Position numbers and translations under genes: made by a program
The notes under the pieces: model-generated
What the model saw: only the letters and a program-made list of their open reading frames with translations
Told to the model about the DNA's origin: nothing
Database searches by the model: none
Source of the DNA: Catajapyx aquilonaris
Lineage: Eukaryota
NCBI GenBank assembly: GCA_000934665.2
Contig: JYFJ02003182.1
Coordinates: 1 to 45,345, forward strand
Direction: 5' to 3'
DNA: 45,345 nt
Part shown: positions 9,301 through 22,539 of the stretch, piece after piece
Position numbering within the stretch: position 1 is the stretch's first letter
Layout: each line of letters begins with the position of its first letter

Positions 9301-12300
9301 GTAAGTACAGGTTGAGCACCACTTTCATGCAAAAAGGTGCCGTTTTGGGCTCCGGAAAGAATATAAAAAATATATATGAAGAGGTAGATATGGGGGAGTA
9401 AGAGGCCATTAGAGGCAGCAGACCTGTGTCGCCATTGCTTTTTCCCTGGTGAAAGCACCGGCAGTTCTTTTCAAGATGTCCCGACACGATGTCTTCTACA
9501 AGAATTCCTTTTAATGGAAATCAGAGAGCCGCCAACATGTCGTGCTCTATTTTTCAAAAATGTTTGCCGCCACAATTAGAGTTAAAACCATCAGCCTCAT
9601 ATAATGGCACATAGTGACCGTCAATTGAGATAGGTCTGGATTGAAATAGTCTCCAGCTAGGTTTCGGCCCTTTGTAGATTTTCCCGCCGGATCCTGCAAA
9701 AGTACCGCTGGTTTTTCCAAATATCTGGCAAGATATGAGATCCCTGTTAATCCGGACTTAGTTTCTAAGAGGGCGGCGGAAACGACTTTTGAGACTAAAA
9801 ATATGCGGTTTTAAAAACCCCGGGTAACCGACCCTTTTCTGTAACACCGCATTTTTTCTTGATGGCTTCTGTACCGGTTCTCCTTGTAACCTCATTCACC
9901 TGTGTAAATTTTCGGCCTCGGACTGGACAGTTCCGTTTCCTTTTTCTATCCCCGCAGCTGTCACGACATTGGAGGGTACTTGTGTGCACATCATTTTTCA
10001 TTCAAAGGACGACTAGATTATTACGCATCATACGTGTGCCCCGCCTTCCCTTTATCTATATAAAAAAAATGGTGGAGAGAGTGCTTTTGATTCCATCATG
10101 GTTCCAATCTCATAGAAGCCGATAGGATGAAACCGCTAAACAGAACTGTTTTACTCCCAATTTACTTTGTTGGGTAGTTGACTGGCATCCTTTGTGAGCC
10201 ATATGCGTTTGACTTTGTTGGCAGTCGCGCGCCGGCATGTGATCGACAAATCGCTTTTTCAAATGGATGGATCCATGACTGGGAGCCGTGTCTAAAGAGA
10301 TCGACCCCTTGACCCCTGCAGGCTACGCACCACTCATACCTGTCAGAATATCATTGTCATAACCATGTCAGGTTTTAATTGCCGCTTCCAGCAACTATAA
10401 TATTAAACCCGATTGGTCTGCGCCTGCGCCAGGACAGCGCCTCTGGTGGACGGTACATAAAAATTGTTTGAATTTTTACATTCTTGGTGAGGTGGCGCCG
10501 AAAAGACCAAGTCTTGAGAGGAATGGAGATAGTTGCCCTACGGGGAGTGGTTAGTATTCTCTTTTCAAGTCCCTTCTACCTGCTGCAGACTCCCTAACCC
10601 CCGGTCCCCCGCCACTTCTTCACAAACCTGCCGCTTGGCCTCGCCGGCATTCATTGGGGAATGAGTAATGAGCTTGGATGTTTCCAACCCACCCACCCTC
10701 CTCAACCCTCTTGCCTTTTCCTCCCCCCCTCTTTTTCCATTCCTCCCCGTTCCTTCTGAGCAGTTAAAGCTGCCGCCATTAAGGTACTAAGGGGGTAGGT
10801 ATGGTGGAGGATACGGGGGTGGATTGCCGCACGTGATTCTCCGCCCGGTTTGCCCGCTTCCTTCGCTTTTTGCTCCGAACCCGACCGGCTCCTCTCTTCT
10901 TCTTCTCATCTTTTGCCGCCCGACCTTGGCCACCATCTTTTCCGAAGGGGGTGGGCGGGGGGGACACGATGAGCAAGCCGCCCAACTGGCCCCTTTCTCT
11001 TAGCACAGCCTGAAGCTTTGGCAATGGCTTTTAGATAGTGTGAAATGTCGGTACGATAGATGTAGACAGAGTCACGACTAACAAAGATATGTGAAATGCA
11101 CAGAGAAAAATTCCTCAACAGTAAAGTTTGGCAAAACTATCACCTGGCTTTATACACACACAAAAAAAATTCCGACCGTTCCAATGTCGCCTTCTCCAAA
11201 AAGGAGCCGGTTCCCCTGGCTACACCCCGAATAACTCAACTCCTGTTGGTGATGCGGTATATCCGGTTGGTTAGGAGGGGAGAAAGCCCCACCTTCTTCT
11301 TTTGGAAACCCGGATTTTATGTCGTCGGATAGAGGGGGGGGGAGGTAGAAAGAACGGTTTTTGGTCTGAAGTGATGATGGGAAGGCCAGTTACCTTTCAT
11401 CCCAAAGGGGCCACGTGTGGGAATGTCTGAGAAAAAGGAGGCCAGATAAGTGGCAGAAAAATTCCATCGTTTTTTTTAGCAACCTTTTGCATAACATCAC
11501 GGTCTAGGAGACAATAACACACCACTTATCATCCGATACGGTACAGGGTAAACCAGCGGCGCGGCTTCAAAAGTGGTCGAGAGAATGAAGATTTTTCGTG
11601 CAGTGCACATGAGATCGGGTTTTAAGGGGTTAATGGCCTGAAAAATCTCTTGCTGAGCGAGTGAGTGAGACTCGTAGGGAGAAAGTTGAATCACCTTCAG
11701 CTGGAGGAAGTCTCGCCAATAATGCGGACAAATAGTTGCGCGAATTAGTACCGCGCGAGTTCAATATGTCGCAGTTACATCACTTTCATGTATCTTCGTG
11801 TTACAAACAAACTGTATATAAAAAAAAGTTGAGCACTTTTTGATGTTATGCCGGCGTTTAAAAAAGAGGGAGAGAGTTGACGGAGGGGTGCGTGAGACAT
11901 TACACTAGCTAAAAATAACAGATTACACGTTTTACGTTTACTGCATGACTGTTCTCATGGTCGGCACCTTTGAGGTTCTTGGTGTTTCTTGGAACGGAAC
12001 GAGGTTTTATGCACCCGACAAGGATATGTTGCAGGAAGGTTTTTTTATGCTTATCGGGAATGTGCAGCTCAAGCAGAACCGATGAATGAGCTTGCTTGTG
12101 TTTCAAGGTCCCATTATGAAACAGTCTACAATACTATGTTTCGGTTATAGTTGAAGCCGATTCTTACACAATGCGCAATCACACCAGACAGTTATGGCTT
12201 TGCTGTCAAAAGTAGGGAAGCCTGTAAAGATATATTTGACTATACTGGTTCAGTGTGTCGTACCCTAAATTATCCAATATCCGATCGAGTACACCATCTG

Positions 12301-12515
12301 CACGGGCCTTTCACTTTTTCAAAAAATTTTAACGACTAACCAATCCCACGTGAAGGTATTTTTGGTGACATGTTTACCATCCCTGATAACTCCATATATT
12401 GCATCTGCACTCCAGGCTACATATCTACTCATTGCAATACCCAATATGATCCTTGTTGACATCACTTCCGATATATCTCCCCCCTGCACTTGAGTTCACC
12501 ATCAGCAGCACCCAC

Positions 12516-12579
12516 CTGATATCTGCCTATATCCATTCAGGAATTTAGCCTTGCACCACTTCACAAAATGAGTCGCCAT
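12516..12579 (-). CDS. nkd: nkd coding exon 1 (MATHFVKWCKAKFLNGYRQIS)
   Basis: ATG at 12579-12577; resembles the Drosophila Nkd N-terminus as I recall it (MAGNIVKWWKHKILGGYKQFS). Donor G|GTGGGT at 12515 is phase 1 and matches the phase-1 acceptor at 6360. Confidence 0.88.
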
Positions 12580-14048
12580 TCTGTGGCAACTTTCCAAATG
12601 TAGTGTACAGTCGAGCCGAACTTGAAGCCCGATAAATCCACACTGGAATCCAGAAATTCTCGAGACACTTCTTATTCCCACCAAACACCTCTCCAAGCAC
12701 AACACACTATCCACCACTCTTGGTCTTTCCCTCCTCATTCCTTCTGAGTACACCCATGCTCCAATGGTCAATCATCAACCATCATGGTGTCCACAACAGC
12801 GTCTTCGGCCCGATGCCAACCCTGGCATATCCTCTCACCGACTGCTGGTGGTGGGGGCCTACTCTCTGCTCCCCTCTTCAATTCCGACCGCTGCTGCACC
12901 CCCTGCCCACCACCACCACCTCGAAGGCCCACCACCAACCACCACCAGAAAGAAGAACCCCATGGGTTTCATTTTGAATCCAACAACTGCTGATTCCTCC
13001 ATGTTTTACGACATTTCGCTGTGAAACTTGGTTCGCTGCCTAATGGGACAAATGTAAAGGGCTGGCGCTACCAGGAGGCACCTTTCGGGTTGGAGGCCAA
13101 CGGCGTTAATTGGACATTTAATTGCCAAAAAATTTAATCCCGAAAGTTTGCCATCTGCTTGCTGGCCCACTGCCAGCTGACGAGTTCCCCTTTCACTGCA
13201 CTAACTGCGGGATTTTGAGTTTCCACAAACTCCAGGGGACGGTGGCGGCATGTTGCCAACTACAGAGTGCATTTGCACAAATGACACGGCACTACCAAAA
13301 AAGGACAAAAATTTGCAGGAGGAAAAAAAACATCGCTGTAGATAGAAAACGGTTGATCACCCCCATATTGTGAGAGGGGGAAAAAAACTGCACCTTGGGG
13401 AATCATTTTAGCGCGTGTTTCCAAGCAGTTAAGAGCTCATTTCCCCCCCGTGTTGTCAGTGTTACCAGTAGATATCCCAACCTTTTGGATGAAACAGATG
13501 ACCAAATGGCACGAATTATTTTTTTTCTCTCCATCCAGTGAGCCTGAACCACCAGGAGAGGTCCCTGTTTAGGAAAGGGCCAAAAGAGGGGGGGAAACCC
13601 AGCCATTGCTTTTGCCACACTCAGTGTTGTCAAATTCACCTTCTAGAATATCATATTTTGTGTACAAATGAAGCTCGAATTACGTCAGAACCAAAATGGC
13701 CGCGATGACTAGGCGGTATTGAATGGGATTTGTCTGATATCCACAGTCTATAGATGGGGGGGCTCCCTGCAGCTTAGCTAGAAGAGATTTCCTCTTGTTG
13801 GCTCGTGTTGGCGTGATTTGCTGGCCGGCACTGCCAGGCCCCAGAGAAGAAAATCAGTGGAGCGAAAAGGAGTTTTTTTTTGTTTGGAAGGGGGGGGGGG
13901 GGGGNGGGGGGGGGGGGGAGCCCTCCCCATTTGGCTCTCCCTCTCCGGAAATCCCTTGGACGTAAGAAGTAGAGCAAACAACTCATCTTTATACCAAATA
14001 TCTGCAGACTTTTGAAACTTTTGAGAATATATATTATTACTGGTCAAC

Positions 14049-14066
14049 CATCAAAGCGAGCCGCTA
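14049..14066. promoter_or_regulatory. TCF/Pangolin HMG site + Helper-like site pair
   Basis: CATCAAAG-CGA-GCCGCTA, ~1.5 kb upstream of the nkd ATG. Confidence 0.5.
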
Positions 14067-17000
14067 ATTAAGAGTTGGGCAATTAATTTTGGAATCCGTT
14101 TCGAAATTTGGGGGGGAAGCGCGCAAAAATTGACACCTGGGTTCTTCTTTGTCGGCGCCAATTTGGGATTCGTCTTGGGATCTTGGCCACTAGAGGATTA
14201 GTGAAGTTCGCTTCCGGCTATGGCAGGTGGTGGTGGTGGACGTGACCTCTTGCAACCCTGCTGCTGCTGCTGGGCTCCCTGATTCGTTTCACCCATTCGC
14301 CCGTTGCCACATTTTGCGCAAAAAGGTGGACCATTATAACAGGCCCTCTAGCAAAAGTTGGCCAAAAATGAGGAGTAAACGTTCTGGTATCTGGCATCGT
14401 GTCTCAGAAGGGGCTCGAACTGACGAGGTTTTGAATGGCATATGCAAATTGAGGGAAGGGCGGAAACTATTAAAATGTCCCTGGGAGAACTGCAAGGCAA
14501 GGGAGAAACTGGAAATGAGCAAAGTTTGGCTTTTATGGAAATGCGGCGTCAGGTTTCCGAGCGTGAATAGAAAGTTTCTGCGGGAGGGCTCCAGTTTGCA
14601 AGCAGCTTTTCAGAGGAGGTGGTAGTAGTTATGAAGGGATATGGAGGAGAGTAGGGAGGTGGAGGGAAAAGGGGAGAGGCAGTCAGCTGTAGTCATCATC
14701 ATCGCCAATGCCTTTCACCATGGACCTCTCTAGAAAACCAGAAACATTTTCTGGAGGGGAAGGCTTCTGGTGGAGTTGCCCAACTCGTGCCCATTGTTGG
14801 CCGTATCGGTCTGGCCAACTGGACATGTCCCCATGTGCAACCAGTTCCACACAATGGCAACCCACTTCAAAAGATACCTCCACCTTTTCAAATCGGTAGA
14901 ACTTGTGGAGAGAGCGGGGTTGGGGGTAAGCTTTTGAAAAATGCCACCCCCTACCACCCCTTCTTTTTTTTTTCAAACATTGCCGGCAAAGATCAAACAC
15001 CCAGAGTTGGTGACCAAAGTCAAATGGGGGGATGCCCTGAGGAACTTTATGACCCATTTTTCCTTCCTGCGGTGCTGACTGACGCTACAAATTGAGCCTC
15101 GGGTCAACGGTCTGGGTCGGTCCTCCCAAAAATATTCCTGATTTAGATATGTAGCAGTCTAGCCTCTGAAAGGGGAGCCGCCCTAAAGTTGGGAAATCCC
15201 CCCAACTGTCCTCCACCCCCCTTTACAGAGTGGTATGTGACCCTTTCGGCTTAGAAAGGGGGAATGACCTGTGATTTTTCTACTTTTTCCAACATTTTTG
15301 TGTCAACCCATTGGACTCTTCTCTTTGTATATATGCCGTGAATTACGTAACAAAACCGGTGTCTTCAAGGACAAAAAAACGTTACGTTCAAGCATAAGAA
15401 TTTTCCAGGTTTCATTTCAGCATCTAGTCAAGGCCTGTACCTTGCAGATAGGTCTGAAAAGTAGTTCCAGTTGGAGAAAGGAGCTTCTAGATAAAATAGG
15501 CAACACCGCAGAGGAGGGTTACTGTCCCCCCCTCTTTTCCCCTACCCCTACCCCCCATCCCCCCTATTTTTGGGAGGCCCCCGGGGCGGCGGCAGCCTCA
15601 AAGACTTCCCCTCTCGCCTCTCAGGCTGCCAGACCGACAACCTGACAGAGTCCTCTACAATTACCACCCGGCTCCAAATTACCTCCGCACACAAGTAGTG
15701 ACCAAAAGGGCCGGGGAGAAGGTTGGTGGGGGCCATCACCCACCAAAAACCAGGAGATAGGAGGATGTACCATCTGAGGCTTTTTTTTTTTTTTGGCAAG
15801 TCGGTGTCAAGCCAATTTCGATCTCCCTGTAATCGAAGCTTCAGGCTGATTGGTTAGCACCTAGCAAGTTATTCTAGGGAGAAAGAACAATGTGAAGGCA
15901 GCTGCGGGCTGAGGATGGACCTCACGCGGTGGTAGATGTGTCGGCGGCCTTTTGACCTCACGATTAGCCCGTTTGCGATCCTAAGTCCGACGTTTTTGGT
16001 GGGCGAACTCCACACCACCTGGTGTGACAGCGGAGAATCCCTCAACAAAGGCCGGATGCTCAGCACGACGCCTATCCCCCCCTTTGACGTTTGGCCCCGG
16101 GGCCATCCACAGGCCCAAGGGTGTAAATCTCTCTCTTTTCAAGGGCTCCGGGGTGGTCACATCTGCCATTCTGATGGTGGTGGCCTCCACCCCGTCATCC
16201 TGGGTGCAGCCATCTGGAAGAACGGCTCCAAGAAACTAACTGTCCCCACACCCACCCACGCCTTGCAAGTCACATGCGGGTTTGGCCTATGGGGGTCAAG
16301 GGCGATGTCCCGCGGGTTGTGTGGTCCTTCTCACTGGGGCAGAACTGACCTACCTGCCACATCAACCAACACAGCGTAATGTGGGTTAATGGCGCTATGA
16401 AATTATGCGGGGCATGTACACTACATTTCCTTAATTAGTTCAGGAGGTCCCTTTAGGAAGCGCCTATTATTTAGCCTAAATGGCTTTCATAATTTACAGG
16501 GGCCCCGCCTTCTTGTGTGTCCCTCCAAAATTTTATCTAGCTATCGTAGAACTTGTCCTGGTTCCCACCAGGCGGAATTGACACTTTTGCCCAGAAATGT
16601 CAACAGGAAAATATCGTAAAGTATTCCGGCAATTACCTTAATGACGTTGTTCAAATATTGACACTCATCTTTGCTCATTAGGACTCAGGCAGAAAGTTCA
16701 AGTTTGGATGTTAGCACTTTATTATGAGTAGCATGAGTTGGTCGGGTTTGGATAAGGTAGTTGAAAAGCTGTCGGCAGCCATAATTGAGATAAACCCTCT
16801 ACGTCCTAGTTTATACACTTTTGGTTACTATTCTTTAAAAGAAAATTCGCATTTCCGGTGCCAAACCCAGCAGTGTACCACGACCAGAGATTTCCCGATC
16901 GTTACACCGAATCATCATTATATCCGGCTAACTACACGATTACTTATTCTCGAACATGCATCCCCGCTCTGATTGCAATTCAGGGTATAATCCAATTTGG

Positions 17001-20000
17001 CTGGGAATGATTCTCTTCCCATGATAATTCCAAGCACTGCGCAGGTTGCAGCTTCCAAGATCCTAATTGGCACCGCTTGTTCTTCCAGCAACATTCTTTA
17101 TCTGCGAACTTCTGCCTGGTATTAAAACCTAGGCCCTCTTTTTCACTCTTTTTTTTCTCTAAATTCGGGGCTCTTTCCACGTTTCGACGGTTAATTAGCA
17201 GTCGGTGCAAGGCTTGAGTTCCATTTTGGGCTAGCAGGAATTTCCCACGTGGCTCCAAAACGCCTGGATTTTGGTCGATAGATGCTCCCTGCCTAACTCT
17301 CGAGTGTCTAACAAAATGAACGGAGAGGGTTCCACAGGGTCTATCGATCGGTGCTCGTTAAAAAATTGGGGATAAATAAAAATCTCCAGATCACAACCCA
17401 TTGGATAGGTAGGAAGTTTAAACGCCGAGCTTATCTATGAATGGGACCCGATAACATCACTCATAGCCGTCAGCGGTTTTGCCAGTAATTAATGGCCTCT
17501 CGTCTTGATTACCTCTCTTTTTTTATTAATTGCTTTAGCAGCATATACTTGTACAAGAGGGTTGGTTCTCATAAATTATTCACAAATTTGTTATTACTAT
17601 TACCTTTTTTTTCAATCCTTCCATTGTTCCAGAGGTGCACAAAAAATTAGTTATATAACATATTGCAGGCGTTCTATGTTCATTAACGTAAAAAAAAAGC
17701 TCAACTCTTAAGTTAACTGATATAATCGATTACACAGGCATATTAAATGTTATGAAGGTAATTTTCAATTCCGCAGCCCACTAATGTGCGACGTGAATGA
17801 TAATAATCCGGTACAACTTACATCGAACCATCTCATTAACGACATTAAGAATATTATAAGCGTCTTCAAAATTGCAGTCCGCCAAGCCAAAATAATAACC
17901 GGAAAAAAGCAAGGTACACTCTAATGAAGGCAGACAGGAGCAGAAGGGCTTGAAAATGGATTTGTCAAATGCCGTGGAAAATGATGAGGCCATGATGGTG
18001 ACGGGGTAGATGGAAGAGAGGGTGGCCTCTAGAGGAGAGGTGCAGTTCTCCCGCACTTCCTAACCGCATCAGGCCGATTCCACACACGAACAGGCATTTC
18101 GCCTTTGCTTGCACGAACTGGCGTTGGCTTTACATTCCTTTGCGGACTGTTTAGTGATAGTTGGCCAACCGAAAAGGAAAACCCCACGGTTGATAACGCA
18201 TCAGCAATTTTTTGTTGTTGTTACTAATCAAAAATGCAGGCAAATCCTGTAGATGAAATGACCACACAAAATGGGCTATTAAGTAGAATTAAATAAATGC
18301 ATCGCACAGGACTGTAATCACACATTGTAGGCAATGGGCTGGACGGACCACCCAGCTTCCCTTTTTCTTCCATACAGGTCTTTGGAATAAATTAGCGAAA
18401 AGTGCATATCAAAGAAGTAGTCCTAGGTGTTTCCGAACCCATCTGCCCTATCCGTCCATCCAGGGGCTTTCCTGCTTAACGTCGGCATCATCAAAGAGAA
18501 GAGGCTCGGCTCTCTTATATATATTTTTTGTGGCGCGCAGGAGCCCGATAACTATGTTTGTCTCGGGCCCACAACCTGGGGGCCCCGGCAGCGACAAAAA
18601 CTGGTTTAGATGTTGGAGGAGAACCATCATGGGCCGCAGGTGGAACGCCGATGTTTTGCTCCTCCATGATGGATGCATAGAATAAGGGTGCTGAGAAGAG
18701 GGGAAAAGAAGAAGGAGCTTCCAAAGTGCATTTTAGAGCTAGTGAAAAACTATCGTGATAACTAGAGCATTCTCGGTTTGTGTGTAAGTATTCTTGGCAT
18801 CTTCCTGCCTGGTGGGGAGTGTAATCACAAGGTATGATCTAGGAAGATAAACCAAGAGTGAGAGTGGAGGCAGTCTAGGTTGCCAAGAATGGTTAGATAG
18901 AGTATAAAATAAGCGGCATTTATAACCTATGGTAGCCTTGATTTGGCCTGTTTTCACTTCCTTCCCTCATGTCAGCCGATTTATAACCATGCTGGTCTAT
19001 AGGTTCCTTTTTCCTTCTCAGAAAGCATGATGATGTTGACGTGGACCTCCACACAATGGACTTTGTGAGTTTCATGGGCCTACTCATATAGAGCCAATTC
19101 CTTTCCGCAGAAGAGGTTTGTAAGCTGCTTTTTACGTATGGCGGAAGAGCTTAGATGTGCAGCTCGTTTGTGGAATGATCCTTCACGACTGAAAACAATT
19201 TTTTTCCAGTTCATAAGTTCCATTTCTCATTAAGAAGATTTGCAGGTAGCGAAACGATGTAGCAGCTTTGCATTCCGATTCCATTGTTACATCACGACTG
19301 GACTCAGACTGAACATAGTCAACCTTTGTTTCGGTCCCGTCACGGTCCGTCACGCCGACCTTGTCACTCCTTCCTCCGTACAATTGCCATATCTTTCAGA
19401 AACTTGCGTTCAAAACACACGTAGCACATTTAGCAAAAAAATAATTCTTTATTATCTTCTTCCTCAGCAGTGCCTCCAGCGAGGAGTTTCGATAGCTGTC
19501 GGTCATTGACAATTCTGTGGCAACAATACGGTAATAACCGAAGAACTGCTTCTAAAACTTCTTTGCCAGCTGTTTACAGTCGGACCCATGTTTATCAGCA
19601 GCCTCAAAAGTACTGGAGATAAACAAGTACTTCCTAACCCAGTAAGGTCCTACTCTTTACAACCGCCATTTCTTCCCGGACATTTAACCTTCCGAGTGGC
19701 TGCTACGGAAAAAGGGGGCACAATATTACCTGTCCTCCACAGCGAATCCGAATTGAAGGTGGAAATTAGTTGGTTCGAATAGAGCAACAAATTACCGGAA
19801 AGATAATGGCCCAGCCCAAGAGGTTTGCGACTGCAAATTTACTGCCTGAAATTAGCACACGGAGACAAAACCCTCGTTTGGTACCGCTGCTGTAATACTG
19901 TTGCTGCAGTGAAGCTAAGAGGAAAGGTTTAGCACTGCGGAGGATAGTATCGATCGGATTGGAAGCAAACAATTAAATTCCCTCGCCACTCCTCTCTAAT

Positions 20001-21822
20001 GATGTGGCTAAGCATTACAAATTACAGCAAAAGTCCATTTGGGTTGATTGTCACATCTCGATTATGGCAGGCTTTGCAGCATGACAACAAAATTCGGATA
20101 AATCACAGAAGGACAACATGTAGAGAGAAAAAAAAAACTTGCAACATTCGTTACAGTATATATGTTTTTCTCTCTCGACACAATTCTTCCAAATGATTCT
20201 TTCCTTTGCCTTTGTGAAAAAATCATCTTCAGAGGGCACAAAAAAAGGTACAAAGGAGCCGACATTTATGATTCCTTTGTGTCTCCGTGAAAAGAGCCTT
20301 TGTCGGGAAAGAAACTCCGCCCAAGGGACCGAACCGACCAGAAACTAATACTGGTACCAAGCATCCAAACGTAAGAGCAAAGCCCGCTCCAAATTCATGT
20401 GGAGCCAATTGGAACATTTTTTTTTACTCCTCCTCTTCCCGATTGTGAAACGGTTGCAAAACGGTATTTGCCATTTCGGTTTGCAAGATTGTTAACATTT
20501 TCATTACAAATAAGATTTATCGCTCGATAGACAACAAAAAAAAATATTTGAACTTACATTTGCTGGTGGACGTTTGATCTTCTGGCGTTTCCTCTTCGAA
20601 ACATAGGTTGACTTCCTAAAAAAGAGGACGAACAGAAATGTCAATAATAAATCTAGCAAACAATAGAGCTACAAACACAGATTTGACTCCCAAAAATCTC
20701 AGCATCGGGTGTATATATACAGATGGTGATGCAATAGGGGGGAGTATAAGGGGAGCCCTATTTTAAAGGAAGTGTCAACACAAATTATGCAAATCCTTGG
20801 GTAATTGGCGCTTAGCTATTCTGCATCCGTGCCCCGGAGGGCTTTACTGCAGCTGCATTCGTTGGGTTTGAAATTAGCGCTGCCAGTGGCTAGGCCGCTC
20901 GCTAACCCGATATTGGAATAATGGCAGTTTAACACACTGAGAAATCGGCTGGAAAATCATGAGGAAATAGGGGGGAGCTACTGTAGTCTCCCCCTAAAAC
21001 CGGAGGGACTTTGACTCCCAAGCTCTCTAATCCGGATATACGCCCAAGTTTAGTCTGCGCAATCGTCTTGAGGCTTAGTAAAACCCATCTGATTCCGAGG
21101 CCCCGGAATAATCTGCATTTAAATTTACTCTTAGCAGTCTGCTTCTGGAATTAAAATTTTCCGACTCATACGTTTTCTTCAGATCCTGCCATACATGGCA
21201 GATTTTAAATCCCAGCTTTTTTTTCATATAAAAAGAAGATTTTGGTCAAATTTATACAACCTTATTACGAAATAAGTGCGGTCCTGACTAAGTGATGATG
21301 AGTTAGCACAGAAGAAAATTATAAGCTCATTTAGTGTCCTGTGTACTTCGAGACCACCTGCTGCATAAAACATATGAGTGGTCTAATGGAAAGACATGTC
21401 ACTTAGCGGGCCGGAAGCAGCCTGGCACACGCACAGGATGTCTCCTTGACCACACATATTCTTCCTTTGTGTCACTGCTCCCAGGAGAAAACCTCATTTG
21501 GCCCTCTGAAGTCGCCCCTTGCATACATATATACATCCAAGAGACTTGATGACTTGAGGTCGAGACTCCTCTTTTATTCGCTCTGCTAGGCTCATTTATT
21601 ATTTTTGGGGTGGGAAAGAGGGGCACAAATGGGAACCGCCATTGCTATTCTTCACTGCCTGGTCCGAACTCGGGTGCTGTATAGGATTAGCCAAATTACG
21701 GGACCCGCGCTGAAATTATTAGCGAGGCTTGATGCAATTCTGTGGAAGTTTAGAATGTGCCAGGTGCATCTGTTTGGCTGACGGGACGTGGAATTAAAGC
21801 TGGTTAGAGTTATATGACAAAG

Positions 21823-21868
21823 TACTGGGTGTATTCAACGAGGTGCCTCAATTTTGTGGCACCCTGTA
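21823..21868. repeat. Tc1/mariner-like terminal remnant
   Basis: TA-CTGGGTG...CACCCTG-TA ends; the right arm (reverse complement AGGGTGCCACAAAATT) matches AGGGCGCCACAAAATT at window positions 5-20 with one mismatch. Confidence 0.3.
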
Positions 21869-22153
21869 ACGCGGTAGAAGCTTACGTTGTTCACCCCTTT
21901 TATCGCGCGAAAGCCAGATAAAAAAATGTGCCGTTTTATGACATTTTAGGGGAAAAAAAGCGTCGACTTTAGGGACATAACATCCCCGTAATGTGCCGTA
22001 CACTATGGCCATAAAAGTCCGTCACGTCCTGTTATCGGAACATGATAAACCCTGTTTTCTATTTTGGCATGAAAAATAACACGCCAAACCACTTGCACGT
22101 TTGTCTCATGTGCGTACCATCAAGAATGTAGAAGACAAAAAAAATAATAGCAG

Positions 22154-22171
22154 TAGCGGCATACTTTGATC
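22154..22171. promoter_or_regulatory. TCF/Pangolin HMG site + Helper-like site pair
   Basis: TAGCGGC-ATA-CTTTGATC (reverse complement GATCAAAG-TAT-GCCGCTA), same geometry as the pair at 14049. Confidence 0.5.
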
Positions 22172-22539
22172 TAATATGCACTCCTTAAATTATTATCCTC
22201 GCATGATACAACCATTGAAATGGGCCGCAAAGCTCGGTGAATTCTTCATAACCCCGACTAGAGATAATGGCGAGCGAGCCCTGCAATTTTGGGTCCGACT
22301 AGAAAAGACCAGCAGCCATAAATAGGCCAAGTCTACATTTTATTACAACCAATATTCCATTCGGGATAGGAAGTTCTGTAATGATTGTAATCCATGCAGT
22401 CGCGCGGGTCTTTAATGCGTTTATACGGGTCCTTCAGGGGGGCTTGTAAAGCTACCAGATTTGCATGGAGGGTATTGCGCATATGGGAAATATTCGTCAG
22501 GCAATTTATTTATTTTTGCAATGTTGGGTCAGTTCAGAG

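Larger units (their letters stand above)
3790..12579 (-). other. nkd: naked cuticle gene, coding span (5 coding exons, 548 aa; Dishevelled-binding Wnt feedback antagonist)
   Basis: Exons of 64+158+108+548+769 = 1647 nt join into one open frame through GT-AG introns of phase 1,0,0,2. The protein has a fly-like N-terminus, the EFX/EF-hand domain (LNFEEFECDVSVEGG...QEFSFTLYDFDGHGKITKDDIAGLVRTIYDAVG) and a His-rich C-terminus (HEHHHVHEHIHHHYHHY). Confidence 0.95.

Noticed and set aside
13890..13918. Long poly-G run (also ~29658-29671) as a G-quadruplex element
   Set aside because: Both runs contain an N, so their length is unresolved in the assembly and no function can be argued.
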